A stretch of 33,180 nt of DNA from a candidate division WWE3 bacterium CSP1-7. GTDB taxonomy: Bacteria > Patescibacteriota > WWE3 > 9FT-COMBO-53-11. Positions within the stretch are counted from its first letter, which is position 1. Each line of letters opens with the position of its first letter. The notes under the pieces were generated by a model. That model had not been told where the DNA came from. It saw only the letters and a list, made by a program, of their open reading frames with translations, and ran no database searches. Where the stretch lies: positions 1-33,180 of the forward strand of contig LDXK01000003.1 of NCBI GenBank assembly GCA_001443395.1, read 5' to 3'. A program made the position numbers and the translations under genes. Below, piece by piece: positions 25,845-33,180 of this stretch.

Positions 25845-25877
25845 GGCCTCTCGGTTTTGAATCGAGGGGTCTTTTTT
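25845..25877 (+). terminator. Intrinsic terminator
   Basis: GGCCTCTCGGTT-TTG-AATCGAGGGGTC hairpin followed by T6. Confidence 0.75.
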
Positions 25878-25900
25878 CCTTTCGAGTTATACTTACTTTG

Positions 25901-25951
25901 ATGGACGGTTTGCCAACGCAAACCTAACATTTGTACGTCGCAGTTCAAATG
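25901..25951 (+). promoter_or_regulatory. Two-hairpin start-codon element, copy 1 (dnaG leader)
   Basis: ATGGAC-GGTTTGC-CAAC-GCAAACC-TAA-CATTTG-N12-CAAATG(start). Confidence 0.7.
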
Positions 25952-27739
25952 GCAGACCAGATTGAAGAAGTAAAACGAAAGCTCGACATTGTTGAAGTTG
26001 TTTCCTCCTATTTTCCGATCCAGAAATCGGGCAAGAATTACAAAGCCGTTTGCCCGTTCCACTCTGAGAAAACCCCCTCCTTTATGGTTTCCCCCCAGCT
26101 CCAGATTTTCAAGTGCTTTGGGTGCGGCGAAGGCGGCGATGTTATCTCTTTCTACGGCAAAATGGAGGGAGTTTCCTTTAGCGAAGCGCTCCGGGAAATG
26201 GCGAAGCGGGCCGGGGTGAAACTCATCTCCCGAAAGGAGAGCCCGGAGGAGCAGCGCAAGGAGAGACTGCTGGAGCTGAACCGCCTCGCAGCCGACTACT
26301 ACCACTTTTTACTAACTGATCACAAAATTGGTTCAAAAGCGAAAGAATTTTTGAAGAGCCGCGGCGTGAAGGATCAAACGATTGAGGACTTCGAGATCGG
26401 CTACGCTCCCTCTTCTTGGGATAGTCTGGGCCGTTATCTTCTGAAGAAGGGCTACAGTCTTACCGAGCTGTTTCAATCCGGTCTGGCGGTTCGGAAAGAG
26501 GGCGGCCGGGGCTATTTCGATTTCTTCCGCGGCCGGGTGATGTATCCCCTCCGTTCCTCCCTGGGGAAGGTGGCCGGTTTCGCGGGAAGAACTCTTGGTG
26601 ATGACCAACCCAAATACATCAATACGGTCGAGACCTCCGTTTTTGAAAAAGGGCGCTACCTCTTCAATCTTGATCTCGGAAAAACGGAGATCAAAAAGAA
26701 GAGAGAAGCCATTCTGGTCGAGGGGGAAATGGACGCCATTCTTCTCTTTCAGGAGGGGGTCAGGAACGTGATCGCTACCAAGGGAACCGCGTTGTCCACC
26801 TCCCAAATCGTCACCATGTCGAAATTTGCCAAGCGATTGATCATCTGTTTTGACCGCGACGCCGCCGGGTTGGAAGCGACCAAGAAGGGTCTGTTTTTGG
26901 CGCTGGGAGCGGGGTTGGAAGTGGCGGCGGTGCTTCTTCCGGAAGGCAAGGATCCCGATGAAGCGGTTCTGGCGGACCGGGCGGGATTCGAAAAGCTGAT
27001 CAGCTCCGCGCCGCCTCTCTTTGATTTTTACCTTAGTTCGGCCCTCTCGCGTTTTGATCCGAAAACACCGGCCGGCAAGAAAGCTATCTCGGCCGAAATT
27101 CTTCCGGTGGTGAAGAGCTTGGCGAACGAAGTGGAAAAGGCCGCCTATCTTTCTCGGCTGGCGGAGGCGATCGAGATCGAGGAGGATGTTCTCTGGCGCC
27201 AGCTCGAGAAGGAGGAGCCGCTGGAAGAGGCGGGTTCGGCATCGGCCGCTCCGCTCTCACCGCGGGTTTCAGCGAGTAAGAAGGAGCTCTACCTCACCGC
27301 CCTTCTCTTTGCGCTCCCGCCGGAACGGATTAGGGCGGCCGCGCGGCAGATCGCCGAGGGCGATATCACCGATCCGCGGCTGACTCTCGTCATTACCTCT
27401 CTGCGGGATTATCTTAAGAGAATCAAGCGATTTCGTCTGGAGAATTTTTCTGTTAAACTGGATGAGAATTCCCGAGAGGCCCTGCAGGAAGCGGCGCTCG
27501 CTCCCTTTCTAGGTGATCTTCTTCCGGACCAGTTGGAGGAGGAGTTCGGTTACGCCGCCAAGAGTGTTAAGCTCGTTCGCCTGCAAAAGGAGCGCAAAGA
27601 GCTGGTGGCGCAGATCAGGGGGGCGGAAAAAGCCAAGGATGCCCCGGGGATCCGGCGCTCGGAGAAAGAACTTCTCAAGCTCAATGAGAAGATTGAATTG
27701 GTTCGGAACCAAAATGGACGATCGCCCGAGACGACTTAA
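25949..27739 (+). CDS. dnaG: DNA primase
   Basis: CPFHSEKTPSF...CFGC zinc finger, KYINT, TOPRIM VEGEMD and FDRDAAG, KDPDE. Confidence 0.97.
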   Translation: MADQIEEVKRKLDIVEVVSSYFPIQKSGKNYKAVCPFHSEKTPSFMVSPQLQIFKCFGCGEGGDVISFYGKMEGVSFSEALREMAKRAGVKLISRKESPEEQRKERLLELNRLAADYYHFLLTDHKIGSKAKEFLKSRGVKDQTIEDFEIGYAPSSWDSLGRYLLKKGYSLTELFQSGLAVRKEGGRGYFDFFRGRVMYPLRSSLGKVAGFAGRTLGDDQPKYINTVETSVFEKGRYLFNLDLGKTEIKKKREAILVEGEMDAILLFQEGVRNVIATKGTALSTSQIVTMSKFAKRLIICFDRDAAGLEATKKGLFLALGAGLEVAAVLLPEGKDPDEAVLADRAGFEKLISSAPPLFDFYLSSALSRFDPKTPAGKKAISAEILPVVKSLANEVEKAAYLSRLAEAIEIEEDVLWRQLEKEEPLEEAGSASAAPLSPRVSASKKELYLTALLFALPPERIRAAARQIAEGDITDPRLTLVITSLRDYLKRIKRFRLENFSVKLDENSREALQEAALAPFLGDLLPDQLEEEFGYAAKSVKLVRLQKERKELVAQIRGAEKAKDAPGIRRSEKELLKLNEKIELVRNQNGRSPETT

Positions 27740-27808
27740 CATTTGTCCGTCGCTGTTCAAATGGACGACTCGCGATGCGAGATCTAGCATTTTTGCTTTG
27801 CTCAAATG
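27714..27808 (+). promoter_or_regulatory. Two-hairpin start-codon element, tandem copies 2 and 3 (rpoD leader)
   Basis: ATG at 27714, 27761 and 27806 delimit two units of 47 and 45 nt, each ATGGAC-stem-TAR-CATTT-loop-AAATG. Confidence 0.7.
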
Positions 27809-28963
27809 AAACCAACGCTTAAAGATTCACCGCTGGTCGCAAAACTTTTGGAAAAAGGCAAAAGAGAGGGTTACGTAACCCAGGAGGAAGTATTGGAGTT
27901 CTTCCCCGAGGCCGAAGAGGACATCGAGAAGCTGGATGATCTCTACACCCTCCTGATCGAGGAGGGGGTGGATGTTTTTGAAACCGCCGAAGAAGAAGCC
28001 CCGCCGGAGGAAGTGGAGCGGGAATTGGAGGTCCAGGTCGCCCACGACGTGACCGTCACTTCCGACCCGGTGCGAATGTATCTTCGGGAAATCGGTCGGA
28101 CCGCTCTGCTGACCAAAGCGGACGAAGTTACTCTCGCCCAGCAAATCGAGAAAGGAACGGCGGCGGTCTGGCGGCTGAAAAGAGCAACTTCCCGAATGGG
28201 CCGTCCCACCCGCGAGAGAATGAAGGCTCTGGCCCGGATCGGGGATATCGCCCGCGAAAAACTCACCAAAGCGAACCTGCGTTTGGTGGTTTCCATCGCC
28301 AAGAAATACCTGGGGCGGGGGCTTTCGTTTTTGGATTTGATCCAGGAAGGGAACATCGGCCTGATGCGGGCGGTCGAGAAATTCGATTGGAAGCGGGGAT
28401 TCAAGTTCTCAACCTATGCGACCTGGTGGATTCGGCAGGGAATCACCCGAGCGATCGCCGACCAGGCGCGGACGATCCGGATTCCGGTGCACATGATCGA
28501 GACCATCAACAAATTCCACCGGGTGCAGCGTCAGCTGGAGCAAAAACTCGATCGCGAACCCACTCCCCACGAGATCTCCAAGGAATTGGAACTCCCCGTC
28601 GAAAAAGTGCGGGAGATCATCAAAGTTTCCCAACGGCCGACTTCTCTGGAGACGCCAATCGGCGAAGAAAAAGATTCTCGGCTCAAAGACTTCGTTGCCG
28701 ATGAAGAAGTTTCCGCCCCCACCGACGACACCTCCAAGGAGCTTCTCAAACAACAGTTGCTGGAGGTTCTGGGGACGCTCTCTCCCCGGGAGCAAAAAGT
28801 AATCGAACTCCGTTTTGGTCTGCGCGACGGCAAGCCCCGGACGCTGGAAGCGGTCGGGAGGGAGTTTGGCGTGACCCGCGAACGGATTCGCCAGATTGAG
28901 GCCAAGGCAATCCGCAAACTGCGCCACCCCTCCCGCTCCAAGCTCATTAAGGATTATCTCTAG
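27806..28963 (+). CDS. rpoD: RNA polymerase primary sigma factor
   Basis: [52 protein letters not shown]. Confidence 0.98.
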   Translation: MKPTLKDSPLVAKLLEKGKREGYVTQEEVLEFFPEAEEDIEKLDDLYTLLIEEGVDVFETAEEEAPPEEVERELEVQVAHDVTVTSDPVRMYLREIGRTALLTKADEVTLAQQIEKGTAAVWRLKRATSRMGRPTRERMKALARIGDIAREKLTKANLRLVVSIAKKYLGRGLSFLDLIQEGNIGLMRAVEKFDWKRGFKFSTYATWWIRQGITRAIADQARTIRIPVHMIETINKFHRVQRQLEQKLDREPTPHEISKELELPVEKVREIIKVSQRPTSLETPIGEEKDSRLKDFVADEEVSAPTDDTSKELLKQQLLEVLGTLSPREQKVIELRFGLRDGKPRTLEAVGREFGVTRERIRQIEAKAIRKLRHPSRSKLIKDYL

Positions 28964-29008
28964 TTTTTCTTGCCTCCGATGTCCTATATCTTGTAATCTT
29001 ATTTCTTG

Positions 29009-29914
29009 ATGGATTTGCCCGCCTTTCTGACACCGGCTCTAGTCGCCTACCTCTTTTTGGCCCTGGCGGGCTTGATTGACAAGGTTCTTCTCCAGACCTC
29101 GATTGTTTCTCCCCGGGCTTACGCTTTTTACGTGGGAATTCTGAGCGTGGCGGCGGTGGTCCTTCTCCCTTTCGGGGTGGTGAACATTCCCGATCGCCGG
29201 ATCCTCTTTGCGGCTTTGGTTTCGGGAGTGGCCGGCGTCTACGCCCTCTGGTCCTTCTATAACGCGCTCAAAGAATATGAAGCTTCCCGAGTGATCACCT
29301 CCACCGGGGCGTTGATCCCGGTGTTCACCCTGGTCTTGAGCGTCATCTTCCTGAATGAGTTTCTCGGATTCTTCCAACTATTGGGGTTCTTCATCCTTCT
29401 CCTGGGCGGGGCCGCCGTTTCCTTGAGAGAAAACGTCCGAAAAACTTTCACTTTTGAGCTTTTTAACCACGCGGCGGTAGCAGCAGCGCTCTTCGCCGTT
29501 TCTTTTTCTCTAATGCGTTTCGTTTTTCTGGCAGAACCCTTTCTTAATGGACTCTTTTGGACGAGGATCGGCAGTGTCTTGGGAGCGCTCACAATCATTG
29601 TCATTCCCGAAAACTTCCGCCGCATCTACTGGGCAACCAAAAAAGCGCCCAAAACCGCGCCCGCCCCGTTTCTTTTCAACCAGGGGTTAGGAGGGCTGGG
29701 GGGATTGCTGCAGAATTACGCAATTTCTTTGGGAAGCGCGGCACTAGTTGGGGCGATCCAAGGAGTGCAGTACGCCTTCCTCTTTGTTTTATCCCTCACC
29801 CTGGTTCGCTATTTTCCCCAACTGAAGGAAGTAACTACTCTGCGGCAGAAGGTAGGAAAGGCTTTGGCAATCGTCGCCATCGGATTCGGTCTCTACTTTA
29901 TGACCATAAGATAG
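29009..29914 (+). CDS. DMT/EamA-like transporter
   Basis: About 10 TM helices; LIDK, EASRV, IFLNE, LVGAIQGVQY. Confidence 0.82.
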   Translation: MDLPAFLTPALVAYLFLALAGLIDKVLLQTSIVSPRAYAFYVGILSVAAVVLLPFGVVNIPDRRILFAALVSGVAGVYALWSFYNALKEYEASRVITSTGALIPVFTLVLSVIFLNEFLGFFQLLGFFILLLGGAAVSLRENVRKTFTFELFNHAAVAAALFAVSFSLMRFVFLAEPFLNGLFWTRIGSVLGALTIIVIPENFRRIYWATKKAPKTAPAPFLFNQGLGGLGGLLQNYAISLGSAALVGAIQGVQYAFLFVLSLTLVRYFPQLKEVTTLRQKVGKALAIVAIGFGLYFMTIR

Positions 29915-29917
29915 TCT

Positions 29918-30952
29918 ATGGATAAGAAACGATTTTATCTGAAGATACTTTCAAGAATTATTCTCGGTCTTTTGGGTGTTTTTGCCATTCTGGTGCTGAT
30001 AGCCTATCTCATTTTCGGCCGGGGCGGCGAAGCTCCCAAGATTATTTGGGGCACTTCCTTTGACGCCGCCTACGCCGAGAGCCTAGGTTTGGATTGGAAG
30101 AAGACCTACCTGTCACTGCTTGATGAAGTCGGTGTGGATCGTCTTCGGTTGGTGGCTTTTTGGAACACGGTTGAACCGCAGAGAGACCGGTTTGACTTTT
30201 CAGCACTCGATTTTCAGATGAGCGAAGCCCGGAAACGGGGCATTTCGGTTATCCTGGCGATTGGCCGCCGGCTGCCGCGCTGGCCGGAGTGCCACATCCC
30301 GGATTGGGCGGCGTCTTTTTCGGAAAAAGAACAGCAGGAAGAGGTGACAGGGCTGATTACGGCGGTGGTGAAGCGTTACCGGGATAGCCCTTCTCTGGAA
30401 TTTTGGCAGGTGGAGAACGAGCCCTTCGTCGGCTTTTTTGGGGAGTGTCCCAGACTGAACCGCTCCTTCCTCGAAAGAGAGATTGCGGGCGTGGTCGTGC
30501 TGGACCCGGCTCACCCGGTTCTTCTGACCGATAGCGGGGAGATCTCGAGTTGGTTGGGGGTCTCGGGAGTATCGGAGAACCTGGGGATCTCCATGTATCG
30601 AATGATCTACGACGAGAGCCTGACCAAGCTCTACATCAGCTACCGCCTGTTTTTCCCCCAATGGTACTACCGGATCAAAGCCAACTTCTATCAAAAGATC
30701 GGTCGCCTCAAGACCGTTTTCGTGAGTGAGCTGCAGGCGGAACCCTGGGGGACAAAACCGCTGATCGAAATGTCGAAGGAGGAACAATACGTCAGTTTTT
30801 CTCCCGATCAGTTTCGTTCCAACATCGCCTTTGCCCGTTCCACCGGTTTCGACCGTTTCTACCTCTGGGGGGCGGAGTGGTGGTTCTACGCCCGGGAAAA
30901 GTTGGGAGTTCCTGATTTTGTTGATGAAGCAAAATCGCTCTGGTTGCGGTAA
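29918..30952 (+). CDS. Membrane-anchored clan GH-A glycoside hydrolase (GH5/GH42-like)
   Basis: TM anchor; WNTVEP, WQVENEP (acid/base), SELQAEPW (nucleophile), LWGAEWW. Confidence 0.85.
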   Translation: MDKKRFYLKILSRIILGLLGVFAILVLIAYLIFGRGGEAPKIIWGTSFDAAYAESLGLDWKKTYLSLLDEVGVDRLRLVAFWNTVEPQRDRFDFSALDFQMSEARKRGISVILAIGRRLPRWPECHIPDWAASFSEKEQQEEVTGLITAVVKRYRDSPSLEFWQVENEPFVGFFGECPRLNRSFLEREIAGVVVLDPAHPVLLTDSGEISSWLGVSGVSENLGISMYRMIYDESLTKLYISYRLFFPQWYYRIKANFYQKIGRLKTVFVSELQAEPWGTKPLIEMSKEEQYVSFSPDQFRSNIAFARSTGFDRFYLWGAEWWFYAREKLGVPDFVDEAKSLWLR

Positions 30953-30975
30953 GGCCAATTAATCTGCTACCGTGG

Positions 30976-32172
30976 ATGCGAATGGGTTTGTCGGCAATAG
31001 CTAAAGGCGTTTCTGCTCACAGGAAAGCTCTTCTTTTTGGGGGGCTTATTTTTTTCCTAATTTTGGCGCTAGGAGCGGGCGGTTTTAGATGGTGGAGTCA
31101 TCAGGAGTTCGAGAAGTTCGTCGGGAGGATCGAAGGATTTAGCCAACAAGAGTTGACCCTTATTTTGGCGATGGACAAACTCGAAAAGGACCTAAAGGCC
31201 GAGTTCGATGCGATCTCCTTTAAGGAAGGAGCCAGTCTTGCGGAAAATAAAAAGCATCTGGCCAATGGAGAAAAAACCACCGATGAATTCTACAGCAAGC
31301 AAACGGATGAGTATCTGCCTCTTTTCGAACAGGAAATTGACGAGGTCGACCAGTTTTTGGCCCGCCGCTATCTCTGGCTTTGGGGCAAGGAGAAGGAATT
31401 TCTCAGCCTCATCACTTCGGTATCGGAGAACGCTACGAAAGCAAAGGATGCCGATGCGGTTATCATTGAGCGATCAAAGCTCCTCTCGACGGTTTCGTTT
31501 GTGACTCAATCCGACTCAATTGCTTACCTTGGTTTTATAGGAGATCTCGATAAGATAATTGCCTCGGTTTCCGCCACGACGAAGGCTTTAGCGCCTCTCA
31601 AGAAGTACACCACCGGTTACAAATTCCCGGAAGAGGACCAAATAAAAACGCTTTACCCCGATCTTTATCAAGTTTTGAAAAACTACAAGGCTCTCTACAG
31701 CAAGACTTATGAAATGTTCATCGCTTATGCAAATAAGGATTACGCTAAAACAATGAAGCTTTCCGACGAAATTACCACGATCAGTAAGCGCAATTTTGAT
31801 TTGGTAATTGATTGGGATCCTCTTAACCGTCCTTTTTTCCAATCTGAACTGGACGCGCATTTGCAGGGTCTTGCGGCGGTTAATCTCTATCAAGAAAACA
31901 GACTGGGGAAAGTTTCGCTTGGAGAGCGGAGGTTAGCGGCTTCGGCATTGGTCTGGGCGATCCAGCTTTATTCCCTTGATCACAAAGATAAATACCCCAA
32001 GGCGAGTAACATCGATGCTGCCGTTAAGGTTTTGACGGAAGGGAAATACCTTCCCACGGACTTAAGTTTTGACCAAACAACTTTCTCCCTGTCTTCGAGC
32101 GAAAAAGAGTATCAGCTCAACTTCACGGATGAGGTAACGGGGGAAGTGGCATCAATCACCGCAAGTAATTAG
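30976..32172 (+). CDS. Membrane-anchored alpha-helical protein with C-terminal pilin/pseudopilin-like domain
   Basis: N-terminal TM, long helical body, C-terminal AIQLYSLDHKDKYP...LTEGKYLP. Confidence 0.65.
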   Translation: MRMGLSAIAKGVSAHRKALLFGGLIFFLILALGAGGFRWWSHQEFEKFVGRIEGFSQQELTLILAMDKLEKDLKAEFDAISFKEGASLAENKKHLANGEKTTDEFYSKQTDEYLPLFEQEIDEVDQFLARRYLWLWGKEKEFLSLITSVSENATKAKDADAVIIERSKLLSTVSFVTQSDSIAYLGFIGDLDKIIASVSATTKALAPLKKYTTGYKFPEEDQIKTLYPDLYQVLKNYKALYSKTYEMFIAYANKDYAKTMKLSDEITTISKRNFDLVIDWDPLNRPFFQSELDAHLQGLAAVNLYQENRLGKVSLGERRLAASALVWAIQLYSLDHKDKYPKASNIDAAVKVLTEGKYLPTDLSFDQTTFSLSSSEKEYQLNFTDEVTGEVASITASN

Positions 32173-32208
32173 GCCTCTCATCGCCAGATTTTATTAGAAT
32201 AGAGGAAG

Positions 32209-32252
32209 ATGGACGGTCGGAGAAACGGCCTAGCATTTTGGAGAAAAAAATG
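32209..32252 (+). promoter_or_regulatory. Two-hairpin start-codon element, copy 4 (GH1 leader)
   Basis: ATGGAC-GGTCG-GAGAAA-CGGCC-TAG-CATTTT-GGAGAAA-AAAATG(start). Confidence 0.65.
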
Positions 32253-33180
32253 ACAGAAAAGAATTTTCCGAAAGGGTTTCTTTGGGGCTCGGCAACTTCC
32301 GCCTATCAAGTCGAGGGCGGCAATCGCAACTCCGATTGGGAGGCGCTCTCTTCTCCCAAAGCCGGGGCCGCTTGTGATCACTACCGGCGCTTTGAAGAGG
32401 ATTTCGACCTGGTCAAATCCCTGAATCAGAATGCGCACCGGTTCTCGATCGAGTGGGCGAGAATTGAACCTGAGAAAGGCCGTTTTGACGAGCGGGAGGT
32501 GGCACACTACCGACAGGTTTTGATGGTCCTAAAAAAGCGGAGAATTAGGCCTCTGGTGACCCTGCATCACTTCACCAACCCGCTCTGGGTCTTCCGGCGC
32601 GGCGGTTGGGAAAACCCCGCCACCCCGAGCTACTTCGCCTCCTACGTGCGCTACTTGGTGACCCGGCTGGCAGACCTCTGCGATTTCTGGATAACGGTCA
32701 ACGAACCCACAGTTGCCGCTGCCGAAGGGTATCTCTGGGGTCGATGGTTGCCGGGAAAGCACGACCCGCTCTCCGCCGCGGTGGTGCTGAAGCACTTGCT
32801 TCAGGCACACCAATTAGCTTATTCAATCATTCACAACATTCAGCCGGAGGCACAGGTGGGCTTGTCGCACGCCCTTACCCCGCTCAAAGTGCCGGGAACC
32901 GATAGGGTTTTCCTGCATTTGGACCGACGCAGCATTGATTGGGCGGGAAAACAGGACTTCATCGGAGTCAACTACTACCGCCCGTTTGGAGGAGTAATAA
33001 ATTTACCCAAGAGTGACCTGGGATGGGCAATCTACCCCCAAGGGCTCTACCACATCTTGAACCAACTCCGGAGCATCGGTCTCCCGCTCTATGTGACGGA
33101 GAACGGGATTGCCGATGCCGATGACGATCAACGGGCCGATTACATTGCCGATCACCTCTTCGCCGTTTGGCGTGCGCTTC
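32250..33180 (+). CDS. Glycoside hydrolase family 1 (beta-glucosidase), runs off the window; not in the ORF track
   Basis: MTEKNFPKGFFWGSATSAYQVEG, HRFSIEWARIEP, TLHHFTNP, TVNEP (acid/base), GVNYY, YVTENG (nucleophile). Confidence 0.95.
   Translation, partial: MTEKNFPKGFLWGSATSAYQVEGGNRNSDWEALSSPKAGAACDHYRRFEEDFDLVKSLNQNAHRFSIEWARIEPEKGRFDEREVAHYRQVLMVLKKRRIRPLVTLHHFTNPLWVFRRGGWENPATPSYFASYVRYLVTRLADLCDFWITVNEPTVAAAEGYLWGRWLPGKHDPLSAAVVLKHLLQAHQLAYSIIHNIQPEAQVGLSHALTPLKVPGTDRVFLHLDRRSIDWAGKQDFIGVNYYRPFGGVINLPKSDLGWAIYPQGLYHILNQLRSIGLPLYVTENGIADADDDQRADYIADHLFAVWRAL

Noticed and set aside
25902-25930. Reading the element purely as a promoter (TGGACG -35, TAACAT/TAGCAT -10)
   Set aside because: Spacers are 17, 16, 17 and 15 nt, each spacer folds into a hairpin, and separate -10 boxes lie upstream of copies 1 and 4. 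Disfavoured but not excluded.
25922-27763. Reading the dnaG-flanking repeats as integron attC sites (ACCTAAC/ACTTAAC match RYYYAAC)
   Set aside because: Too short, no GTTRRRY core at the right distance, copies 3 and 4 have TAGC, no integrase is present, and dnaG is a core gene.
27714-27808. Mini CRISPR array
   Set aside because: Only two degenerate tandem units, the variable parts are themselves hairpins, and there are no cas genes.

Overview
Chromosomal segment of what is most likely a Patescibacteria (CPR; Microgenomates/WWE3-like) bacterium. This assignment is inferred from the VirB2-like 'pilin' tandem, tRNA-Arg(GCG), a divergent group 3b-type hydrogenase, compact gene packing and many apparently leaderless genes. 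Contents in order: two convergent paralogous modules (M23 peptidase + membrane-anchored partner); a zinc-ribbon membrane protein; three VirB2/TrbC-like pilins; a coiled-coil SpoIID/LytB protein; comF; an ASST-like beta-propeller; a D-aspartate ligase + aspartate racemase pair; six tRNAs (all four Ser isoacceptors, Arg-GCG, Arg-CCG) interspersed with secreted-protein genes and a VanY-type carboxypeptidase; a minimal NiFe-hydrogenase cluster; dnaG-rpoD; two DMT transporters; and two glycoside hydrolases. The most novel signal is a 41-48 nt two-hairpin element, ATG-GAC-[stem1]-TAR-CATTT-[loop]-AA-ATG. It lies directly on the start codons of dnaG, rpoD (two tandem copies) and a GH1 gene, begins and ends with ATG, and buries the true start codon in its second stem. 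A possible fifth copy has AAG in place of ATG and a compensatory CTT. The second signal is a pair of stranded, diverged 3' gene ends lying downstream of intact comF and vanY, which record 3'-end replacement by foreign alleles. A duplicated tRNA-Arg 3' end is also present.
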